From: Lingula anatina
Taxonomy: Eukaryota > Animalia > Brachiopoda
Length of the DNA: 64,000 bases
Direction of reading: 5' to 3'
Assembly: GCA_051362555.1 (NCBI GenBank)
Contig: CM120646.1
Coordinates: 10,416,001-10,480,000 of the forward strand
Within the stretch, counting starts at the first letter, position 1. Each line of letters opens with the position of its first letter. The notes beneath the pieces were generated by a model. It searched no databases. It saw only the letters and a list, made by a program, of their open reading frames with translations, and was not told the DNA's origin. The position numbers and the translations under genes were made by a program. Positions 28,201 to 38,808 of the stretch are shown here, one piece after another.

Positions 28201-31165
28201 TGCGAAGCCGACCTCCCCCCCTCTTAATCTGCCATTGAACAGGAGAGATTTTGAGACACCAGTTTAAAGCAGAAGTGATATTAGACTTGTTTCATGTGAA
28301 CTTCATGAAAATTTACCACAAATAGTTTTATCCATGCAGAATCTCTTCAGTTGGACGTTTACCTCAATAATCCTCCAAAAGGTCTGCAGAAAGGTAGTGC
28401 TGAAAGCTACTGCATATCTTCTTTCTCAGGACATGGAAGTATATGTAGTTCCATGCTCAAAATGACCAATACTGTTGCATTATCACAATAATTATGGACA
28501 GGTGAGCGAACATTCTCTCTCTAAACCAATATCCTTCCCAAAGTGTTGACTGGACAATAGTATTAGGTCTTGGCGCATTTTGCAGTGGTTCTGGGAGGAG
28601 TCAGACACTAAAGGACGAATGGCTAAATGATATGTAGCAGTCAAAAGATCACAATTAATGTTTTAACAAATGGCAGAAACGTTTTACCATATAGACTCCC
28701 TGTTCTTTGTGGAAACTTTCAACAGCAACTCATCACTCAATATAGCCATATCTGTATGGAATTTGTTGGAATTTGCATAACGACAAGTCACTCAGCACAG
28801 CGCCAATTATCTTCTTGACTGGTCACTTGACAACTGGACCCTGTAAGAAGAGGACGCAGGACAGGTGTGGTGAAGTGGTGAAGAACAGATCATTCAAACA
28901 AAATTTCAGACCTATCATTCATTTCCAACTCAACATAATAAGATTTTTGACAGCCTTGGCAGTACATGTATGAAATCTCGTTAGATTAAATCGTTCTCTA
29001 AGCGACAACTGCTTTTTACATTCAAATTAAAAAAAGTTGATATCGCCCCTTGGCCTAACCTCAAGGGCAGTGAGCTCCAAAGACGAAGGTACGTTGAATA
29101 GAATGATCATTCTGACATTTTGTCACCTTTACACGCGTGACCTTTATACTTATAGTAATATGTACCCGGAATAACTACATTGCTTTCTTTGTCCCAGATG
29201 TGTCCATAAAATAAAGCACAGGCGCTAAGCTTATTTATGCCCCGTTCTGGTGAGTTTTTCTATGCATATAACACCAAAATGCCTAATGCATAGATAACAT
29301 TAGCCACGGACATGGTGCAATGAAATCGTATACGATTTTCCGTGCGATTTTTATGGCACAGTAAGTGCTTCGCAGACTACGACTACGGCGAGTACGTTTA
29401 CAATGCGGGTGTCGTGCGTGTCATTTTGTCGACATGACCTTGAGGTCATAAAGGGAAAATTCGGTTTGTCGGTTGAAAAATGATCGTATGGAGCCTTTTC
29501 AGTCTCAGAGCGGTTGCCGTACCCTTCCGTGCGACATACTTGAAGATCGACTTGTTATCGCGGCAGACCCCTACTGACTTTAGCACCCATGTGATCTGAA
29601 TAACAAAATGCGCAGCTTTTAAATTCGTGCGAGTGAATTACACCTTTAAACAATATTTATATTTTTACACCTCCTAAAACCAGAAAAGTGGGAGGAAAAG
29701 AGACCAACAATAGGTTCAAGCGTTATCACGATCACCGCAAGTCTCCCGAACAATGCCGAAACTGTGCCATGCCATCTACAATAATACTAAGGCCTACGGG
29801 CTTATGATTTTCAAAATTTGTCAAAAGTTTTAGCTTGACAAAATCGGAGAGGCTATGGAGGCCGTAAATCCGTACTTTTACGTTTTTTTTTTTTTTTTTT
29901 GTTTTTTTTTTTTTTTTTTTTGTTTTTGTTTTTTTGCGAGTGTAAATAGTGATTAACAAAAAATCTTGCGGTTGTAAACGAATACCACAAATGCACGTTA
30001 TTTGGAATTTATTTAAACATATCTGTTTTTTCCGTGGTGAAAATTGGCAATTTTCTTGAAAATTATCTTCTAAAAACATTATCCAATGCTGTCTGATATT
30101 ATCAGTTTCTTTATTTCGTGCAGTATTGCGATGATCAGGAGAAAACGACTCAATGGGTGGTACCCGGAACTTAGCATCTCAGCCAGCACTGTTATTAATA
30201 TCCTATTACCCTATCGACAGCACAGCTCACATTTACTTCCATCTTTGTACCCTGTAGCTGAGGATGCGACTCCCCACGAGATGACGACTCTACTTCAGTA
30301 TAGCCTTGTTAATTAGATTTTCGCCAATTGTCTTAAGTTGTTCAGTTTTAATTTCTAAGTCCATATATTTTTCAGTCTCTCCATTTTCCTTGTAAATAAT
30401 CTTTTCTATGATCTGAAGGGATGTTTAGCCATAAAATCGTGATATTTATTTTATTTTTTTAAACACTTTCTCAATAGTTGGACTATAAGCGTGACTTGGG
30501 TTTTGTAATCGCAGGGCATTTCTAAATGGACTTCTAAATGGGTAAATATAAAAATGCTTCTTTTCATAATCTATTTCATTACACCCGATACACGAACGGA
30601 CCCTCAGAGAGTATAAGGTATTTCAAGGAAGGGGGTATACAGTGAAATACATTTACTTAGCATTATATTGTAGGAGCCCCAGGGTAAAGCCTGTGGTTAT
30701 AAAAGGCCCAATCCCCATTAATATTAACTACCAGGGTTCAGACATCTCTGGCTAACTCCTGGTAGACCGCAAAGACGGAAAGAGATTGTCACGGTATCAG
30801 GAGACGTGGTCCAATTCCAATGAACAGTGACGGAAGCGAATTTTAAATTCCGATTGGAAAGTACAGTAATAGCCGTGGCAGATGCAGTAAAATTGAAGTC
30901 ATTAAAGGTCCCGTTTTACAATAACAATATTTCGTACTAAAATTTTGTTTGCTATTCAGTGTGTTTGCTGTGAAAGATAGAGCTCGTGTCTAAAACTAAT
31001 ACTGATATAATAGTTAAATAATTAATATAATGTTTAAAATTAATATGATAGTTTGATTGCCACGGTTATTCATAGATGAAGTTATGGCTGCCAGAATGGT
31101 GACGGTAGCTCGAAGGAAATGCCCTTATGGAATTATCTTTTCTTAAAAGTCACAGAACCACGCAA

Positions 31166-31223
<58 letters not shown>

Positions 31224-31414
31224 GTGCATGTATAAACTCGTTAAAATGATTGCGGTTAAAACAACTTGATAAATAGGGACCCATATTTACAGCGATGTTT
31301 ACTTTGTATTAAAAAGTGCTACGAAAAACCACCAATTTTGCATAATTATATGTTGCAAGACACAAATGGACCGTTTTCCCCAAAAAATTACGTTAGACAA
31401 GCAACGCCAAAAGC

Positions 31415-31448
31415 TATAAAAACGAAGAAAAAATTCTCAATGTTCATT
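31415..31448 (+). promoter_or_regulatory. TATA box plus initiator of the Tyr-rich protein gene
   Basis: TATAAAA at 31415; TCATT initiator with A at 31446 (31-nt spacing), 45 nt before ATG 31491. Confidence 0.7.
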
Positions 31449-31490
31449 ACATCAACACCAATTTCACTAGCGTCAAATGAGAGCAGCAAG

Positions 31491-31799
31491 ATGTGGAAGC
31501 AAACGCTGGTACTTGTGTTAATCGTTGCCGTGGTTTGCGCTACACAGACGTCTTACAACAGATATCCGTACAAAAAAGGCTACAGCGGTTACCGTGGCAA
31601 CCAGCTTGGCGGTTACCACGGTGGTAAATTTTTGAGCAACAGATACAAAGGTTACCATGGTGGCTATGGTGGGTTATACAGTTACTATGGTAACTACCGC
31701 AGCCGTACACGTTACGGCAGAAAATATCGCAGACCAAGCTACAATTTTAAACGAAAACCAACTTGGTACACGAAAAAGTACAGACACCCGTATTACTGA
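31491..31799 (+). CDS. Secreted Tyr/Gly/Lys/Arg-rich low-complexity protein, 102 aa
   Basis: MWKQTLVLVLIVAVVCA signal peptide. Mature ~85 aa has 20 Tyr, 20 Lys+Arg, 14 Gly and no Asp/Glu. Good start context aagATG; TATA/Inr upstream. Confidence 0.88.
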   Translation: MWKQTLVLVLIVAVVCATQTSYNRYPYKKGYSGYRGNQLGGYHGGKFLSNRYKGYHGGYGGLYSYYGNYRSRTRYGRKYRRPSYNFKRKPTWYTKKYRHPYY

Positions 31800-31842
31800 G
31801 CAGTTGAGAGAAATGAGTTTAGATTTTCGGCGCAAATAGAAG

Positions 31843-32274
31843 GTAAGTATTTTTTACTACTTTGTTAATGTAGAGAATACTATTACTAAGAATCTGGTTC
31901 TCAGTTAAGTACTGGGCATTCGCACAGTATGGCCTGTTACAAAGATTGATGAAAGACGACCCCAGTGGTAAGAGTAATTGAAGCCTGCTTCATACTTTCG
32001 CTGCAATGGTGATGAATGGAGAAGTCTTATTTCGTGGTATTTGAAACGCGTCACTTCTTTAGCAATGAAATTTTTTAATGAATAGTCATAGTAACATTTG
32101 GTGTAATCAGCATTTTACAGGTGTCACGTTAATTACACATACATTACAGAGTTAAAATATCATTTTTCAACAAGCCGAAGCCTACATGTACATTAAATAT
32201 AAATCGACCGATGATCCCTTGTAGGGCATAACGCATATATTGTGGTGCATTTTAAAGCCCTTTTCTGGCTGATC

Positions 32275-32310
<36 letters not shown>

Positions 32311-32395
32311 GGTTTAACCCTTGGCATGTCGACATTATTTGAGTCGTATAACGCTCGCTGTAAGTAATTTAAACATTTTTGTTTGCTCGTTTCAG
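31843..32395 (+). other. Predicted 3' UTR intron of the Tyr-rich gene
   Basis: aag|gtaagt donor 43 nt after the stop; polypyrimidine tract and tttcag| acceptor at 32395; ATTAAA at ~32720. Confidence 0.6.
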
Positions 32396-32942
32396 GTTGA
32401 AGGCGTTAGTCTCGTGACATAGCTGAAGCAGTATCTCTGATATTTGGCTGTCATTTTATCAATCTTTATTCAATATTCAACGTTGATGCGGTTACGTCCA
32501 ATCTTGAAGGGCATCGGAAACGTAGATTCAGTTTGAGAGTAAGGCTGGAAAAAGAAGTTCTTGGCTGGAATTTGCTTGAAAAAAGATGCAGCTCGTTTCA
32601 CCGATACCACAAGGGTGTCCTTAAACTGGACGGAAAAGTAGAGACAATTTACGGACCTCTATAGTTATCATTTTCACATACATTCGTGCAGGACTCCGTT
32701 TAACATAGATCTTCAGTCAATTAAAATGAAGCACGCTTTTATCTCTACCTCATCTTAGTGTGCGCCATTTGTTTTTCTTTTAACGGAAAAAGCTTCTTTG
32801 TGTGCTAGCGTAATACTATTACAATGATTTATCTATCACCCAAAGTACTTAATATTTACGGTTTCACAAGTTGAGGCAAGTTTTTAATTTTAGGTCTCAT
32901 AAGTTGAAGCAAGTTTCTATTTTAAAAGTAGGCCCCCGATCT

Positions 32943-33610
32943 GCACTTAAAGGGATAATTGGTCTTGCATTTTTACATTTTTCATATTCAGCAAAAGAGG
33001 TTGAAAACCCGAGATTTCCCCCAATATACTTTGATGCGTCTTCAAATAAAGGCAAATAAATCATTGATTTCTGTCCTATCCTTTGTTGCCTTTGCCTTGG
33101 ACTAGTCAAACGATGGGTCCGACATGCTACCAACATTACCTTGTTCATTCAAAACAACATTAAAAAGTTCATTTCTTTAACTTTTGCAAATTTATTTGGT
33201 ACAAACAAAATTCACCTTCGTTTTCCCCACCTGCGAGCTCGTCTTGTCAGTGACGCGGAATTTACAATTTTTTATACGGGCCAGCTGCTAATGTCATACA
33301 CATTACGTACTTCATCGTATCAGACTAATCACATCCGTCTTAGTCTGATACCACATTTGAATATTCTGTCGTATGTAACAGAAATTTTGTAGGAACTCCA
33401 TGAAGTAGATCATTCATCAAATGTTCTAAATAAGTTATTCATAAACTAAATTACTACCACCCTTGTTAACAAAAAAGAAGTCTGTTTACTGACAACAATT
33501 ATCAAATAAATCAAAACTTTCAATTTTATTAAGATTTGTTATATTCATCATACTAAGTATGTAACATTTATATAAACAAGGCAGCAAAGCTGTCAAATGT
33601 ACAGACAAAA
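32943..33610 (+). repeat. Near-identical direct duplicate of 61253-61912
   Basis: Sequences align almost base for base; the ORF track shows the same translations at both places. Confidence 0.92.
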
Positions 33611-34830
33611 AACAGAAAATAAAGATGCAAAATAGGTCATTTTGTCAATTTTGATGCAATAATAAATAATGCTTATAATAGCACTGTCAGTCAACACTGA
33701 ATTTTAATCATGCACAACAGGTAACATGGTCAATAACAGGAGTGGACCCAGAGATATTGCAAAATTTACCTGCATAATTATCACTGCTTCCTTATTATTA
33801 ATCTAGCAGACTGGCTTAATCTTTGGGAGTTTACAGGGAAATATCAACAACTGTGCTTTATGTAATCTCATTTAATAACCTATTAATTAGGCAAATGACT
33901 TTATAACTCTGAACTTAGCTTAGTGATACCAAGGGAAATTTACAGACTGACCCTCTCAAAGGTCTTTCAGGCCCATAAGTCACATCTTAAGAAAAGCACA
34001 AAGTAATAATGCACAAAATAGGATGCTGTCAATTCTGATGCAATAATATATTACGCTTAACTGCAAAGTCAACATCAAATTTAAATTATGCAAAACAGGT
34101 AATACCGATGAAAGTAAAAGCAGGCCCATGAGAGTTCAAGTTCATACTTAGAAAATGCCAGAATGAGAAAAATGAGAATTTCACAAAAAGTTGCGTTAAT
34201 TCAATAAAAAATGATAATCCAATAGAGCTGGTTTTCTTATTTGAGCTGTATGTCAATCCTAAGAATCATTCTTTTAAGCTAAAAAAATAATAAGTAACAC
34301 AGTTTGCTTTTTATCATAACGTTTGTGATGACAGTGCACGAAGTTGGCTTTTTGTCAATTTTGATGCAATATTACATAATGATTAACTATAATTACCACC
34401 ATTTATTTTTATTAATAACGTGGTCATTTAGAAAATTTGATTACCACTGGGCTTCATGACCATGGGAGTTCCAAGTCCCACATTGAAAATGCCAATATAT
34501 GAAAGATAACAACTTCACAAACATGTACAACAGAAAAAGAAACCAATTAGATTGCTTTTCCAACACAGGCTGCATTTTAGACCTGTGTTTCTTTCCTGTA
34601 AGTTTTAAGAAGAGTAAGTAACATGGTTTTTCTTTAATGGTCACTATAAAAGCAGTGTCCAAAATAGAGGTTTCTTCATTTTCGTTGCAATATTACATAA
34701 TGCATAATGACCATCAATTTTAATAATGAAATAAAATTATCATGGATATTCAGTCTAGCAAAGGTCTTCAAACCCATGGAAGTTCAAAGTCACACCATGA
34801 AAATGTCGATATGTGAAAAATTTAAGGATG
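33575..34830 (-). mobile_element. Truncated Helentron-associated (HINE/DINE-1-like) element
   Basis: Same terminus aacaaggcagcaaagctgtcaaatgtacagac as 57487 and 61879; interior modules match 57.5-59.3 kb. Confidence 0.7.
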
Positions 34831-35813
34831 AGTGCAGATAACCATTGGCAAAGTGTCCATCGTCAATTTTTTAAAATAATTTGCTATTATAAAGTTTATG
34901 CATATATTTGTTGTGTGAAAAAATATTATTTGGTTTGAGGCATCGTTTGAGGCATCGTATTTTTAATGAGTAATATGTGGGGGTGGAGGTAACCAGATTT
35001 ACCTGTTGTATGCAGTCTAATATGAATCAGAGCAAGTTATTTCAGCATATATATTGCATAAATAATTTTTTCTAATGAAACTTGTCTTGTGGTGAAAATA
35101 AGAGTTATATGTTAAATAATTGCGATGTGGCACAAGTAAATGGGAAAGTAATTGTTTTTTTTTGTTTGTTTGTTTGTTTTTTTTTAATCCTAGAGAAGAG
35201 AGGGAGGGGTGGTGTATTACAATATTTTCTCACAGAAACCATCACTGATTTCACTTAACTGTATAAAAGTCTTGTAACTAGAAAAACTTGTATCAGCGTA
35301 TTTATTAATTTTATATAACTTTTCTCACAGACCAGCATTTGTTGGTCTAAATAATTATTTTGTTAACCAATACACATTTTGTACAAAGCCCTATAGAATA
35401 GTAAAAAATGCTAAAAGCAAAAGGCTGTTACAGTAACACAAAAAAAATCATGTGTTAAAGCACTCTAAACACCTATTTGGAATGTTTCCATTAACCATAC
35501 AATAAACAAGGTATAAATTGTACCAAAATAATGATAAGGTAAAAGTAAAAACTAAATGAAAATATAGTACACATAATAACAGTAATGGCCAATAATCTGT
35601 ATGACAATGAAAATAAATCACCTAAAAGTACTTCATATCTGATAATGTATGTGATAAAGACCTTGTATAGAAAGCAATGCAAGAGTTATTTTATACAAAA
35701 TATATAAATATGAGAATAAAAAATGTATAATAAACAATAGATAATTAATCAGATGTGCTGTCTGAAACACTTTCTGCCTCGCTAATACTCTCACCACTTG
35801 ATGTTGGTAAATG

Positions 35814-35848
35814 CAAGAAGTTATAATGAGACTCTTTATAACTTCTTG
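35814..35848. mobile_element. 35-bp remnant of the P-like family: probable excision footprint
   Basis: gtaaatg|caagaagttataatgag-a-ctctttataacttcttg|gtaaatg: 7-bp TSD around 17(+1) nt of the left TIR and 17 nt of the right TIR. Confidence 0.85.
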
Positions 35849-37944
35849 GTAAATGTGAGGCATCCTACCTCCCTACCTCCCCCCCCCCCACGCACACACA
35901 CACAAACACACACGCGAAAGTTTTTTTAAACCATGCCAGTTCTGCACTGTGAATAGGGGAACTATGGGTCGCTGCATGCCATCTTCTTTCAAGCAAATCA
36001 AAGAAATGTTAAAATATTTAAGCAATTATAAATAGTAACTAAAACATTTTAATTTAAAAATCACACCAAGCATATTATCTTTTCGTTATCCTTTCTCCTT
36101 GCAAAATCAAAGCAACCAAAAAAACTGGACAACTCCACATAAATATTAATAGCAAAAATGTATTATCACTTTATCTTTATTGTCATCATCTGTGAAACAA
36201 GATATGAAATGAAATTTTCTTCAAAGTGCATTGTGGATCAGTGTATATTGTGGATAAGTGTTCCAGTGTACGCGGACAAGGTCGTTCAATGGCGGCCTGG
36301 GGCAGGTTAGTAAACTTCAAGTTGATATCATGTCAACAAGATGCAAGGACACTGTCAATTACAATTAGGGGAGAGGCATGCGTGGTTTCCCTTCAAAAAC
36401 TATTATAGCCTAACATTGATTCTTCCCTCCGAAGTAATTGTGTGGTTTTTTTCTTTTTAAACAAAAAAGTTAAGGTATGAAAACGCTGAATGTATTTCAA
36501 ACGTAGGTGTATATACAATACAAATAATGAAATCTGTGTCTCACTCTCACACGACACCCCCGCGTCCAAACTGACAGGATGGTGGCGACAGCAACGCCCC
36601 CAGTCGACAATCTAAGATTGGAAGTCTATGAGCGATAGACTAATTAATGCCAAATTTCCGCATGACAACGATTTATAGACTCCCGGGAATTATTTTCCCT
36701 CAACGCTCTTTGTCGCGCTGGCGGTCAATGCAGCATTTATTTCAAAACAAGTTGACCGCAAATTAAGCACGATTTTGCACCTTCAAGTTCCGTGTCACGT
36801 TTTCATATCATGCATCTTTTATTTCTACAAGTATTCTCTGCCCAAAATGCGTAAAAAAAGAGAGTTATCTTACCAGGTTGTTTAGAAAACTTATTTTTCC
36901 TCCGACTACACGTCTTCTCTCCCGTTCACCTCCAGGTTAAAATGACCACTCAGCTTCGCTTCTAACACCACTACACGTCACTTCCGGGCACAATCAGTCT
37001 TCTCCGATTCCCTTTATTAACACACGTAGGAACTGCAAGTCTTCAAAATGGTTGAATAAGTTTAAATCAGTGAAAAGGGATCCAAAAAATATTTTTTCAT
37101 TTTAATACTTATCATTCATCAGCTTTTGCATTTTCCATCTATTTTATCTCAGCTGCTTATGATAAGTGTTTAAATCATCAATTAATTCTCGTAAAATATA
37201 AATAGTTTAAGTCATGAATAATCCTTAGATATACACCCAATGCATATTTTCAAAGATGCCAGTGTGTTATTGTGATGTTATACAAGTTGTTATTATTTTA
37301 ACAAAAGTTAAAAGAAAATGATAAAAAAAAAACACCAGACTAAGATATGGGTCCCGTGACAATCTTCCTTCTACAATTTAAGTGTGAATTACTAGAAACT
37401 ATGAAAACAGGAACTCACAAACAATATTACAATCACCATTTACCGAATCTGTATTAATTATTACTTTCAACCTTAAAACATTTAAGTCAACCATGAAACA
37501 ATCTATAAGAGAATTGAATTGTGTTAATGGTATGGCAACTCCTGAGAACATCTTCAGTTATAATATAATGGCAGTGTTCCAAATTAAAACCACGATACAT
37601 ATTAAATACAGGCTTGCTTAAATCTTAAACGGAAAGGAAGTATTATCAAGTGTTGCACCTGCTCAGCAAAGCTGCAAATTTTATTTTGCAGCATCACAAT
37701 TTCACTAGCACAAATCAGTAATAATTGTTAGTATATTTGTAACATATTTAATATTCGTCATTTGCCTCTAATCTTCGCTTAACATTATTAAAATATTACC
37801 ACACATATTTGTGATAAATGTATGCATATTTGTAATAACTAAATTTTGTCATTTGCTACGGGAATGGGGGGGGGGGGTCTTAAAAATAAAAATTTTGGGC
37901 CGCAATTCCCACAGCAAATATGAAGGAGTACCAGTAGATAAGGC

Positions 37945-38106
37945 CGGTGCCATGAAACTGAGGGTCCGTGTGACAGAAAGTCCGTCCTCCATATAGTTAG
38001 GGTTAGTTTGACCTAAGTAGGTCAAAATCTAGGGCGAGGCTCACTTGTACAAATGAATGGGAAGCGGACTCTCTGTCATGGGGGACTTTCTGGTACATGT
38101 CACCGG
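37945..38106. mobile_element. Short CCGG-ended MITE inserted in one unit of a 3-copy local repeat (37860-38490)
   Basis: ccggtgccatg..cagaaagtcc / ggactttctg..catgtcaccgg. It interrupts the agtagataagg..atggcaca motif seen intact at 38300 and 38436. Confidence 0.55.
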
Positions 38107-38652
38107 TGATGGCACAGAAATGGGAAAATTCTTGGTTTTGTCTAGTTTTTCTTGCATTATACATAATATAAATATATATAAAATCTGATTCTCAAAATAA
38201 ATGCAATCGGCAAGTATTTTGCTACAGGGATGGGAGTGAGGTGTTCTTAAGAATAAAAAAATTGGGCCTTAATTCCCTCAGAAAATATAAAATAGTGCCA
38301 GTAGATAAGGACAATAATGGCACAAGGATGGAAAAAATCTTGGTTTTGTCTAGTTTTGCTTGCTATATGCATTTATATAAAAAATTGGGCCTCAATTCCC
38401 ACAGCAAAAAAAAAAAAAAAAAAAAAAATAGTGCCAGTAGATAAGGATAACAATGGCACAGGAATGGGAAAAACTAGTTTTTTTCTCGTTTTACTTGTGT
38501 TATAGTCAAGAACATATACATTTATACACAATGTACCCCTTCGTTAACATTAAGAGGTGTTGGGTTCTTAAATCTACAGTGGGATTTATTTAAGTAAGAT
38601 AGTTACTTCTCTAATTTGACTCAGGAAAGTCTAGGTAACGGCTCAAGGTATT

Positions 38653-38808
38653 CCTGGGGCTCCGTAACTTAAAAGCATCGCGTATTGCGAACGGCTATAT
38701 CACATAGAGGCTACAGTGTATTACATGGGGCGAGCATGGGCAAGTAATGGAATCGAGACGCTTGCGCTCGGTCGCAATGCGCGCTGCTTTCGAGTTACGG
38801 GGCCCGGG
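38653..38808. mobile_element. MITE
   Basis: ~37-bp imperfect TIR cctggggctccgtaacttaaaagcatcgcgtattgcga / tcgcaatgcgcgctgctttcgagttacggggcccggg. Confidence 0.65.

Noticed and set aside
28260-29000. Coding-like decayed sequence on the minus strand
   Set aside because: Stops in all frames and no recognisable motif; cannot be assigned without a search.
31266-31490. N-terminal 75 aa of the 177-aa ORF
   Set aside because: It starts at TTG upstream of the TATA box; ATG 31491 begins the signal peptide.
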